Assembly (NCBI GenBank): GCA_023441055.1
Contig: JAEZQY010000017.1
Location: 31,088-95,087, forward strand
DNA: 64,000 nucleotides
Direction: 5' to 3'
DNA from: Bacillota bacterium
Lineage (GTDB): Bacteria > Bacillota > Bacilli > Paenibacillales > UBA4045
Made by a program: the position numbers and the translations under genes. Below the pieces are notes generated by a model that did no database searches, had not been told where the DNA came from, and saw only the letters and a list, made by a program, of their open reading frames with translations. Each line of letters begins with the position of its first letter. Within the stretch, counting starts at the first letter, position 1. This document shows, in pieces, positions 55,803 through 64,000 of the stretch.

Positions 55803-57089
55803 TTAAGGCAGCACTGCTGTGATCTGCTTGGCAGCCTCATCAAGCGCTTCCTTCGCAGTCATCTCACCGCGAATCGCCTTCTCGAACTGCAGGTTGAAGA
55901 TCGACTCAAGCTCACCCCATTGTGGAATTGGCGTACGCGGCAGAGCAGTCTCCAATTGCGTTACGTATTCCGCAATGTATGGCACATCCTCAACTTTAAT
56001 CGCTTCGGCCGCTGCCTTGTTCGTTGGCACCATGCCCGCTTCGACCATCATCAGCTGTGGCTCCTCCGTCAACATCCATTGCGCGAATGTCCATGCCGCC
56101 TCGGGATTCTTAGCGCCTTGGAAGATGACCAGATTCTCTCCGCCCACGACAGACCGGCTGCCGCCAGCGCCTGAAGGTATCAGACCGCGGATGATCTTCT
56201 CATTCGGATCGAAGCCAGTATTGGCAATCTCAGTCTCATCGTGCAGGATGCTGAAGAACCATGGACCATCATCGATCATCGCGTACTCACCAGTCTTGAT
56301 GCCATCCCAAGTGCCAGGCTCTCCGCCCAGAATCGACGGTACAACCAGGCCGTTCTTATTCCAATCGATAATCGTTTCGAGCGCCTTCACGCTGGCATCA
56401 CTGTTCAGGTAGCCGTTCACCTCAGTGAAGTCATCATTCGTGATCGAGCCGCCTAGACTCCAGAAGTAGGGCAGGATCGACCATGCGCCTGCGCCGCTGA
56501 TGCCGATGCCGTACTTGCCCTTCGCCTTAAGCGCCTCAGCAGCTGCTACCAGCTCGTCGATCGTCTTCGGCGGAGCGGACAGCCCGATCTCAGCCAGCGA
56601 GTCCTTATTATAGATCGCAATCTTGGTGTTCGTATTCAGCGGCAGTCCATAATAGTTGCCCTCGAATATGTTGGTGGACAGCGAGCCCTCGAACACACTG
56701 CTCTGCACCGCATCGAAGCCCGGCATCTCGCTCAGATTGAGCAGCGCTCCCTGAGAGGCGAATTCCGGCACCCAGATAATATCCATCCGCATTAGATCCG
56801 GTGTTGCTTCACCCGCAACCCCAGCGATGACCTGCTGCTTCAACCCTTCATAAGGCATCCGCGTCAGCTTCAGCTCGATATTCGAATGCGATTTCTCGAA
56901 TGCCGGCTTGACCTTCTCAACGAGAATTTTCTCCTCTGTGTCACTGTACGTATGCCAGAATTCAATCGTAACCTTCTTGCCTGAGGACGAACCGCTACCG
57001 CCGGAGCTGCCTCCGTTGCCGCATGCTGCAATCATCAGCACCAGGACCAGCGCCATTGCCCCCGCTAACAGCTTCTTGCTTCTTGTCAT
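55803..57089 (-). CDS. Sugar ABC transporter substrate-binding lipoprotein
   Basis: 428 aa with lipobox MIAACGNGGSSGGSGSSSG. Confidence 0.85.
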   Translation of the reverse strand: MTRSKKLLAGAMALVLVLMIAACGNGGSSGGSGSSSGKKVTIEFWHTYSDTEEKILVEKVKPAFEKSHSNIELKLTRMPYEGLKQQVIAGVAGEATPDLMRMDIIWVPEFASQGALLNLSEMPGFDAVQSSVFEGSLSTNIFEGNYYGLPLNTNTKIAIYNKDSLAEIGLSAPPKTIDELVAAAEALKAKGKYGIGISGAGAWSILPYFWSLGGSITNDDFTEVNGYLNSDASVKALETIIDWNKNGLVVPSILGGEPGTWDGIKTGEYAMIDDGPWFFSILHDETEIANTGFDPNEKIIRGLIPSGAGGSRSVVGGENLVIFQGAKNPEAAWTFAQWMLTEEPQLMMVEAGMVPTNKAAAEAIKVEDVPYIAEYVTQLETALPRTPIPQWGELESIFNLQFEKAIRGEMTAKEALDEAAKQITAVLP

Positions 57090-57258
57090 CTGTCTATCCC
57101 CTTCCTAATATGGAATTACCTCTACAGTATGAAGGATGTGGAAGGGGTCAGTAACCGCTTACAATATGATCTTGGTGTGTTATTTTTTGAATTGAAGGAG
57201 GATGATGGTGTCCGATTTCACTATGGTGTATATTATTACGATTATGGGATGAGGTAAC

Positions 57259-57700
57259 CTCATTTAGTGGCGCCAGAACTCACTATCCGCGCTCCACGCA
57301 GCATCATAGCTCATTTAGTTAATAAGGCTGCGTGCAGTGCCGGAATGTGATGCTGCAAGCTGCGGAACGAGGTAATGGGGGCGTGCAGTGCCGGAAAGTG
57401 ATGCTGCGTAGCGCAGAACGAGGTTATGGGGGCTGGTTGATGAGTTTCGTGAGATGTATAAAGTGCAGGTGGATGACGGTTTTCTTACAGTTAAGCTCCT
57501 CTGACCTGCAGAAAGTGCAGGTTGCGGGGGCCTACTTGGAGTTTTCGAGCTAAAATCGGCGATTAAGATGCATTTTCTGCAGGTCGCATGTCTGTATGAT
57601 GTGAATCGAGGGTATTGTGATGCAGTTTCTGCAGGTGGCGGTGCGGCAAATAGGGCTAGGGTGCCGGAATCTGCAGCTGCAGGAGCGCTGCGAGGTAACA
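57259..57700. repeat. Array of about 8-9 degenerate ~51-bp units, both orientations, hairpin-bearing (L5)
   Basis: ctcatttagt at 57259/57310. gtgccggaa at 57337/57388/57661. tgcaggt at 57464/57516/57578/57630. Hairpin CCTGCA-gaaag-TGCAGG at 57505-57521. Confidence 0.85.
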
Positions 57701-57760
57701 GGTACGTTCACAGCGCTCACGCTGGTCGTCTATGTAATCGACACACTCCTGCAGCGGAAA

Positions 57761-58414
57761 CTACTCCCAAGCAAATCCGACGGCTTGCAGCCAGGCACGA
57801 GCAATTATCATATGACCGGTTTGGACTGGATGAACGCGATCCAGGGCAAGCTCCATCGAATAATGATGCGCTAAGTAGCGGTCGAATGCTTGTTGAACAT
57901 CTACGAACACAGCGCCATGACGGCTTGCCACTCGCTGCATCGCTTCACCGTAGGTACAAGTCATCTGGCGGACACGATCCTGGACGTTCGCTTCAATGAA
58001 GAACGGCGACATCAGGATCACACCTTCTATCCCGTGCTGCTTGGACGTAGAAACCAACTCATCCAGCGTCTGCTCATACTCCTTAAGTGAGATATGCCAG
58101 TCACGCAGATGCCGGCGATTGAAGTGCCGGATGACATCGTTAACTCCGACCATGATGGATAGCCAGTTCGGGTTCAAATCCAATACATCGGTCTGCCACC
58201 GCTGTTTCAGTTCACGGACGGTATTACCGCTGATGCCCATATTGACGATGCGGATTTCCTGTGTCGGATCTGCTGCTTCGAGCAGCGCATTGATGTGGGA
58301 GACATATCCGTTGCCGAGTGCGTCTCCTTTCCCTTCGCCGATCGGTCTTTCCCGGCCGCAATCGGTAATGGAATCTCCGATCATGACAAGCTTGGAATGC
58401 GGAGGTATGATCAT
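57761..58414 (-). CDS. SGNH/GDSL hydrolase family protein
   Basis: 217 aa with LVMIGDSITD (block I), GISGNT (block II) and DRVHP (block V). Confidence 0.8.
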   Translation of the reverse strand: MIIPPHSKLVMIGDSITDCGRERPIGEGKGDALGNGYVSHINALLEAADPTQEIRIVNMGISGNTVRELKQRWQTDVLDLNPNWLSIMVGVNDVIRHFNRRHLRDWHISLKEYEQTLDELVSTSKQHGIEGVILMSPFFIEANVQDRVRQMTCTYGEAMQRVASRHGAVFVDVQQAFDRYLAHHYSMELALDRVHPVQTGHMIIARAWLQAVGFAWE

Positions 58415-58581
58415 GGGGTAACGCTCCTTATCTGTTGAGTGTTTAAGAAGTTACATGTATGAACAATCTGATCGTATCATAATTGAAGATGGACTTCACT
58501 TAGCCCGTGTAACATTATGTCTTATGAACTCGTCATACATCAAGGAAAGAGAGACCAACAACAAGAGAAGAGGATAACGCT

Positions 58582-59625
58582 ATGAGAAAGATTCACTTCA
58601 GTTTGTTATTAGCAGTCGCCATGCTTAGCGCATGCAGCGCGAACGGGACCGAGCTCGGTGACGAGAAGCATACTATCCAGCAATCGGAAGACGGTAATAC
58701 GGCTATTGTAACGGATCAAGAGGGAGAGGCTCAGCCCGTTGTCGGTCAGCAGCCTTACGATGAGCATAGTCCAGCAACAGAACAAGGCACCGAGACGAAG
58801 GTTGATCAATTTATCGCGGACGGCTTCAAGGTAGAACAAGCGCATGTATTCACACAACAATTCGAAGGTCTCGGGCTAGTAACCGTTACACCTGTGACGA
58901 AGTTCGGCAGCTCTGAACAATTCCCTGTCTCCCTTATTCTGACCGGCAGCGACTTCGAAATCGTACTTACGCCGGAGAGATCGCCTGGTTATCCACTATT
59001 CAGTTCATTCGAAGCGATCGCCTTCAAGGATCTGGATAGCTCCGGCGCTTCGGCTGGATTCACGGATATTATTGTCATCGCGAATTTCATAACAGGAGCA
59101 GGTCAGGACGGCGCGAAGCCATACTCGGATGTATTCCTCTTCAAGCATGATGGCCAGAGTGGATTCACAGAGGATACCGTGCTGGAGCGCCATATCATCG
59201 AAGCTGCCGACACTCGTACGTTAACTGTAAGACAAGTGTTGGACCTGGCTAGTGGTGAGCAGATGTCCAACGATGTCGATGTGAACAAGCTCTTAGGTAC
59301 ATATAAGCTGCTAGAATCAAATGAATATCGATTCTCTGAAATCATCATCAAGCAGGTGAAGGATAATCGGTTGATCTTCGATTTAGATGCTTATGTGGTT
59401 CGAGGCGGCAAGGAAGGATTGGAGATGGGAAATGTTAATCTCGGCACACTGATTGATGCCGAAGCCGAGCTGAAGGACAGCACTGCTGTCTACAAGTATG
59501 AGGATGGTTTCGTCATGAGCTTCCACTTCGAGACGGACGGTACGTTCACAATCACCGAAGATCTAGCCGAGGCTACCCCGTTCGGCCACGGCGTAACGGT
59601 ATCCGGTAAATATGGGAAGGAATAG
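58582..59625 (+). CDS. Hypothetical lipoprotein
   Basis: 347 aa with lipobox AMLSACSANG. No family recognised. Confidence 0.6.
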   Translation: MRKIHFSLLLAVAMLSACSANGTELGDEKHTIQQSEDGNTAIVTDQEGEAQPVVGQQPYDEHSPATEQGTETKVDQFIADGFKVEQAHVFTQQFEGLGLVTVTPVTKFGSSEQFPVSLILTGSDFEIVLTPERSPGYPLFSSFEAIAFKDLDSSGASAGFTDIIVIANFITGAGQDGAKPYSDVFLFKHDGQSGFTEDTVLERHIIEAADTRTLTVRQVLDLASGEQMSNDVDVNKLLGTYKLLESNEYRFSEIIIKQVKDNRLIFDLDAYVVRGGKEGLEMGNVNLGTLIDAEAELKDSTAVYKYEDGFVMSFHFETDGTFTITEDLAEATPFGHGVTVSGKYGKE

Positions 59626-59634
59626 GTAAGTGAG

Positions 59635-59682
59635 CTAAGCGCTTATACCTGCTGTACATTAATAGCAGATATAAGCGCTTAG
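59635..59682. terminator. Bidirectional stem-loop between convergent genes
   Basis: CTAAGCGCTTATAcCTGCT ... AGCAGaTATAAGCGCTTAG. Confidence 0.6.
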
Positions 59683-59698
59683 TTCTATATATGACTCT

Positions 59699-61948
59699 TT
59701 ATTGTGCGTAAACTCTGATCTCCACGACAGCGGCATAATCAGAACCATTCGTTGATTCGACAATCAGACGCAGGCTTGTTGTCTCTATGGGAGCGTCCAG
59801 CTTAATTAGATTCATACGCTGGCGATTATTCCTAGTACGAGCAATCGATTGCCAATAGCCCGATATTTTCGCTTCAATCCGATACGACTTGACCAGCTCG
59901 GGAATGACATCGAACGGCGTGCGCATGAAGTGAAGGTTGTTGATGTATTCATTCACATCATCATTGAAGATGATCTGAATGTCAGTGAACCGAATCGGTT
60001 CTTGCCACGCCAGCATCAACCACTCTTCCTTATCAGCCTCACACTTATTGGACTGCCACATATTCGGACCAGCGAACGGTCGATTGAAGCCGTTCACTGC
60101 TTGAAACGGTGCGAATGCATGACTGTCCGACCGCATACGCATGCAGAACAGCTTACGCTGAACTGGCTTCATGCTCCATTGCAGCACAGGCTGCTCGAAG
60201 TCCTTCACCTCAAGCGCATCTGCAGGTCCAGTCTGCATCATCCTCACGAATGACAGCAAACCTGTGATCGGACGATGAGATAGATGCAAGGAGAGCGACG
60301 GGTTCTTCCGAATGATTAAGAACACATTCCTCCTGCTGTCTGGCCGCCATGCGAGATCCAGCTTTACCCATCTGCTCGATCCTCTAGCAACCTGAACAGC
60401 AGTCTCCATGATTCGTTTCTCAGGGATATAGTTCTCTCCACGGCCTGTATCCCATAATTCTACCGTTAGTGTAGAGTCCTCTGACGCATCCACCAACAGC
60501 TCGAATTCAGACAGCACCGGATCAACTGGGAGCAGGATAGCTGCATCCGTGTGTAATGGAAATCGTTCATCAGACGCAACCTGAATACTCCGCATCGTGG
60601 AGGAGGCCGAAAGCTCCGCTTCTCTAGCCAGGTTAAGCGAATCATCATAGGCGAAGCCAATCATTGAAGCATCTTGACGCAACAGCTGTTGCTGCAATTC
60701 GCTCATATGATGCGCATATAGCGTACGAGGGGTTACTCCTCTCCTTACACACATAGCAGCTCCAGTCCCCGCAGCCTCGCCCATCACCGCGCAGGTCGCC
60801 ATCACTCTGGTCGTTCCGAAAGCGATATGCGAGGCGCTGATGTTGCGGCCCGCGAACAACAGGTTGCTAACATTAGCAGAATATAGGCTTCGGAATGGTA
60901 TGTGATAGATCCCATTAGCGTAGTAATGCTTCGAGCCGCCCTCAGTCGCATACATCCCTTGCGGCGGATGCAGATCAATCGACCAGCCGCCGTACCCGAT
61001 CGTATCCGCGAACACCTTTTGCTCTACAATATCATTCTGGTTCAACACATAGTCACCAACGAACCTGCGATACTCCCGCTTCCCAGGGATGGCGCCGACC
61101 CATTCCAGGGTTAGCGTATCAGCTTCGAATCGTCCGGAATTCTTAATGTAATCCCATATACCATAGATCGCCGACCATAGCTCATCTCGAATCATCTCGT
61201 TGTCATAGGTCGAGTCGACCTCTCCGCCCCATTCAATCCACCAATAATGACAGCCTGAATCGCCGCTGCGAATCACCCGATTCATCGGAATCGAGGTTTG
61301 CGTTATATCTTTAGCAAAGCTGGGTGGAACAAACTTCACTGGGTGCCCCGCATCCTTGGTGTAGAACAGAATCGTGCTGCCTAGCGTGATGTCGTCTGCT
61401 TGCTCCGGCGCCAAATTCTCGTTGTATTCTGCGCTCGCTTCTCGGCCAATCCTATAATCTGCTCCTGCAAGATACCCAACTAATCCATCGCCAGTACAGT
61501 CCAGGAAGTACTGACTTTCATACCGAATACGACGTTCAGAGCCCATCATCCACCCGGTTACAGAGATGATCTGACGGCCCCCAGATGCGTCTACCGCCTC
61601 AACATCGCTGACATCGGTATTCAGGAACAGCTGTATATTCGGCTCATCCTTCACCTTCTCCAGCAGCACCAAATCCCAGATATAGGGATTGCCATCTGGA
61701 TTGCGATATTGATTCTCAAGATACAGCTCTCCCATAATGCCGGTCTCTCTCGCATACCGATTCACACCCGTAGCGGATGCACCGCTGACCCACACGCGAA
61801 TCTCACTGCTGGAATTACCGCCAAGCACTGGTCGATTATGAACAAGCGCCACAGTACGCCCCAACCGAGCCGCCGCCACTGCTGCGCATATCCCTGACAA
61901 CCCGCCGCCGATTACCGTTATATCGGTTTGTATAATTTCATGCTTCAT
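59699..61948 (-). CDS. FAD-dependent oxidoreductase (PF12831-like) with C-terminal beta-sandwich (discoidin-like) region
   Basis: 749 aa with ITVIGGGLSGICAAVAAARLG ... VLGGNSSSEIRVWVSGA. ATGA-type overlap with the upstream lyase. Confidence 0.75.
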   Translation of the reverse strand: MKHEIIQTDITVIGGGLSGICAAVAAARLGRTVALVHNRPVLGGNSSSEIRVWVSGASATGVNRYARETGIMGELYLENQYRNPDGNPYIWDLVLLEKVKDEPNIQLFLNTDVSDVEAVDASGGRQIISVTGWMMGSERRIRYESQYFLDCTGDGLVGYLAGADYRIGREASAEYNENLAPEQADDITLGSTILFYTKDAGHPVKFVPPSFAKDITQTSIPMNRVIRSGDSGCHYWWIEWGGEVDSTYDNEMIRDELWSAIYGIWDYIKNSGRFEADTLTLEWVGAIPGKREYRRFVGDYVLNQNDIVEQKVFADTIGYGGWSIDLHPPQGMYATEGGSKHYYANGIYHIPFRSLYSANVSNLLFAGRNISASHIAFGTTRVMATCAVMGEAAGTGAAMCVRRGVTPRTLYAHHMSELQQQLLRQDASMIGFAYDDSLNLAREAELSASSTMRSIQVASDERFPLHTDAAILLPVDPVLSEFELLVDASEDSTLTVELWDTGRGENYIPEKRIMETAVQVARGSSRWVKLDLAWRPDSRRNVFLIIRKNPSLSLHLSHRPITGLLSFVRMMQTGPADALEVKDFEQPVLQWSMKPVQRKLFCMRMRSDSHAFAPFQAVNGFNRPFAGPNMWQSNKCEADKEEWLMLAWQEPIRFTDIQIIFNDDVNEYINNLHFMRTPFDVIPELVKSYRIEAKISGYWQSIARTRNNRQRMNLIKLDAPIETTSLRLIVESTNGSDYAAVVEIRVYAQ

Positions 61949-62853
61949 TGCGCGTTCACGACCTGTTCCATGATCTGCTCATACAAGCGATGCACACGAG
62001 GCATATGCTGTTCCGCAAGCGGCGGTAGCGGCAGACGAGGCGCGCCACAGTCAATGCCTCTCATCCGAATGAGCTGCTTGATCGTGCCGAACAGCCCCAG
62101 CTCCCTCATTTCGGTGATGAATCGATTGACGACCACCTGTGCTTGCTGTGCGGCCACAATATCACCTAACTGATACGCCTTCTCGATTGCGAGGAACAGC
62201 TCGGGCATGACGCCATAGGTTCCGCCAATGCCACCGCTGGCCCCCATCACTCGACCAGCCAGATACTGTTGGTCCGGACCGTTGAATATCACCAAATTTT
62301 CTCCACCAACAGCCTTGAACTGCTCGAGCTCATAGGTGCTGAAGCTGGTTGTCTTCATACCGATCAACCGCTCATGATCACATAGCTCACGCAGGAAGGA
62401 GGTTGTCATCGTAAATCCAGTGGATGCCGGGATGTTATAGATAATAAACGGGAGCTCTACCCGGTTCATCATAGCCAGCCAATGCTGCTTAACGGCTTGC
62501 TCGGAATAGGCGTAATAGAAAGGTGGGATCGAAGAGATTGCATCGGCACCAGCAGCTTCAGCATGCTCGGCCAGCTGTACACTGTCCTCCGTGGTGATCG
62601 CACCCACATGAGCGATCACCACCACCTCTCCTCTTGCCTCAGCAACTACAGCTTCCAGCATCTGCTTTCGCTCCGCCGTCGACTGCAGCATGCCTTCCCC
62701 GGTGCCTCCACCGACATATAATCCATTGACGCCCTTATTGATCAACCAGCGTGTAAGCGACCCGGCAGCTTCCGTATTGATACGGCCCTGCTGGTCATAG
62801 CAGGAATTCATCGCGACATATACGCCTGTTAACCGTGGATCAATGATCTTCAT
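61945..62853 (-). CDS. Dihydrodipicolinate synthase family lyase (N-acetylneuraminate-lyase-like)
   Basis: ORF trimmed to MKIIDPRLTGVYVAM (RBS GGAGGAG). Carries GLYVGGGTGEG, FIIYNIPASTG and IGMKTTS (Schiff-base Lys context). Confidence 0.8.
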   Translation of the reverse strand: MKIIDPRLTGVYVAMNSCYDQQGRINTEAAGSLTRWLINKGVNGLYVGGGTGEGMLQSTAERKQMLEAVVAEARGEVVVIAHVGAITTEDSVQLAEHAEAAGADAISSIPPFYYAYSEQAVKQHWLAMMNRVELPFIIYNIPASTGFTMTTSFLRELCDHERLIGMKTTSFSTYELEQFKAVGGENLVIFNGPDQQYLAGRVMGASGGIGGTYGVMPELFLAIEKAYQLGDIVAAQQAQVVVNRFITEMRELGLFGTIKQLIRMRGIDCGAPRLPLPPLAEQHMPRVHRLYEQIMEQVVNAQ

Positions 62854-62904
62854 AGATGTTCTCCTCCGTTTAGATCCTGTTGTGTCTATCATTTTCAATA
62901 GTAC

Positions 62905-64000
62905 TTAGTAAACTACGATATCATCCCAGAAAGATTCGCCTTGAGATGCACCCGTGCTGTTGATCCGCACCTCCGACAGCTCTGCAACAGTACCGCGGAA
63001 AGTAAAGTCATCTGCCAGCAGAACATCATCCACATAGATGTCGCAGGTTTGATCAACGATGTTCGCCACAATCCTGACCAAATACCATTGATCCGCCGAA
63101 TACCCGGACTGAATAACAGATTTTGCCGCGCCGTTGTAACTGTAAATCGTTCCGTTCGAATCGAATGCTACGGTTACCCCATTCACGCCGGACGCATTTC
63201 GAAGGCTAACACCGAATACTCCGTCTGTCTGCCGCATCCGCGCATTAAACTGAAGCGTAATCTCTTCCGTCGCAGAACTGAAGGCTCGCCGTGCATCTAC
63301 CAGATGAGAGGAGCTGGTATCGGTTAGTTTCAAGCTCTTATCGCCATCGAACAGCGACGCTTCAACCACTGCACTGCCGCCTGCCGTGCCGATCGACCAG
63401 CCCGTAGGAGGCAATCCGCTGGACATCGCACTGAAGTTGTCAAACATTCGCCAATGAAGTCCATCCCAATTCAATTCATAACGCACAATATTAGGTCGAT
63501 CTGAAGACGAAGCTTTCTGATAGGTGATCACATGGAGATAAGTGTCACCGGATTTAGTAATCAAGTAAGGCTCCGCATAATAGGAATCACCCGCTGAGAA
63601 TGTATTGCTGTCCAGAATCGAATATGTCTCCAGCTCAAGCGTCTCTGGATTCAGCTTGTAAATTACAAGATGAGTAGTCGACCCTTCAATGTTGCGCGAC
63701 AGCAAATAAAAATCTTCGCCTACTGTGAACAATTTTGGCCGCCCGATATAATTGATTGCCGAGTACGTCGCTGTCCAGTTAGACTGGGCCACCAAATTGA
63801 AGCTGTCATCTGTCTTAACAATGCGGGTCACTTGATCATCGCCACGGGCAATAATGATGAATCCGTCATCTACCTTCTCGATCGAGCTCTCATTGAATGC
63901 GAAGCCAAATTCGGTTCTCAAATTCCTCACATAACTCCACGTTGCACCGTTATCGGTCGTCTTAATAACATGGACTGCTCGCTGACCGCCGGTCAATTCC
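62905..64000 (-). CDS. BNR/Asp-box (sialidase-like beta-propeller) protein with C-terminal LamG-like domain, N-terminus outside the window
   Basis: The frame stays open to position 64000. Asp-box TTDNGATW, then a C-terminal ~170 aa jelly-roll-like region (WYLVRIVANI...CDIYVDDVLL). Confidence 0.6.
   Translation of the reverse strand, partial: ELTGGQRAVHVIKTTDNGATWSYVRNLRTEFGFAFNESSIEKVDDGFIIIARGDDQVTRIVKTDDSFNLVAQSNWTATYSAINYIGRPKLFTVGEDFYLLSRNIEGSTTHLVIYKLNPETLELETYSILDSNTFSAGDSYYAEPYLITKSGDTYLHVITYQKASSSDRPNIVRYELNWDGLHWRMFDNFSAMSSGLPPTGWSIGTAGGSAVVEASLFDGDKSLKLTDTSSSHLVDARRAFSSATEEITLQFNARMRQTDGVFGVSLRNASGVNGVTVAFDSNGTIYSYNGAAKSVIQSGYSADQWYLVRIVANIVDQTCDIYVDDVLLADDFTFRGTVAELSEVRINSTGASQGESFWDDIVVY

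Noticed and set aside
57202-57250. A mini-ORF (MMVSDFTMVYIITIMG) directly after a strong AAGGAGGA sequence, divergent from the ABC operon.
   Set aside because: It is only 14-16 codons long, the RBS-to-ATG spacing is poor except for a GTG start, and there is no supporting conservation evidence. It is most likely a chance occurrence, and is noted only in case ribosome profiling shows otherwise.
57259-57700. I considered whether the periodic arrays (here and at 30.6 and 47.4 kb) are CRISPR arrays.
   Set aside because: There are no unique spacers between conserved repeats, because the whole unit is repeated or degenerate. The period is 51 bp, not a repeat-plus-spacer of 60-75 bp. No cas genes are in the window.
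57332-57999. Plus-strand ORFs of 73, 143 and 85 aa covering the 57-kb repeat array and running antisense into the SGNH hydrolase gene.
   Set aside because: They have a repeat-derived, Arg/Gly/Ala/Cys-rich composition and no RBS, and they overlap a well-supported minus-strand gene.

Overview
This 64-kb chromosomal window reads like a spore-forming Firmicute of the Paenibacillaceae type, judged from gene content and protein families only. I call about 58 protein genes, mostly on the minus strand. Recognisable blocks, left to right: (1) NusG-II / Gx-family membrane protein / ecfA1-ecfA2-ecfT, divergent from an ApbE flavin transferase. (2) An fnt-ldh pair. (3) A LacI-type sensor domain fused to GGDEF. 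(4) MFS and aldo-keto reductase genes. (5) sigI-rsgI. (6) A gerA-type germinant receptor operon. (7) gcvH and leuB. (8) A membrane-anchored molybdopterin oxidoreductase and a YceI protein. (9) A DapA-like lyase with an ABC importer and a membrane AraC regulator. (10) ilvB-ilvN-ilvC-leuA behind a T-box leader. (11) infC-rpmI-rplT behind an L20-type leader. (12) trmB, thioredoxin, and ytqA/ytqB-like genes. (13) manA. (14) A peroxiredoxin plus a Grx-TrxR fusion behind a PerR-like box. (15) mscL. (16) A B12/radical-SAM protein. (17) A GH66-like glycan locus with an ABC importer, a YesM/YesN-type two-component system and a second binding protein. (18) A cluster of FAD-oxidoreductase, NanA-like lyase and BNR protein. 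I saw no rRNA, tRNA, CRISPR array, transposase, integrase, phage gene or recognisable defence gene. The structure least explained by ordinary annotation is a family of degenerate, hairpin-bearing tandem repeats with a 50-51 bp period. It fills five tail-to-head intergenic spacers (about 10.9, 30.6, 41.0, 47.4 and 57.3-57.7 kb). Other items worth follow-up are the dedicated ECF/Gx/NusG-II/ApbE cassette, the Prx plus Grx-TrxR fusion with degenerate pyridine-nucleotide motifs, and the RsgI tail built from an 18-bp tandem repeat. All functional calls rest on by-eye motif recognition, and no database search was run.
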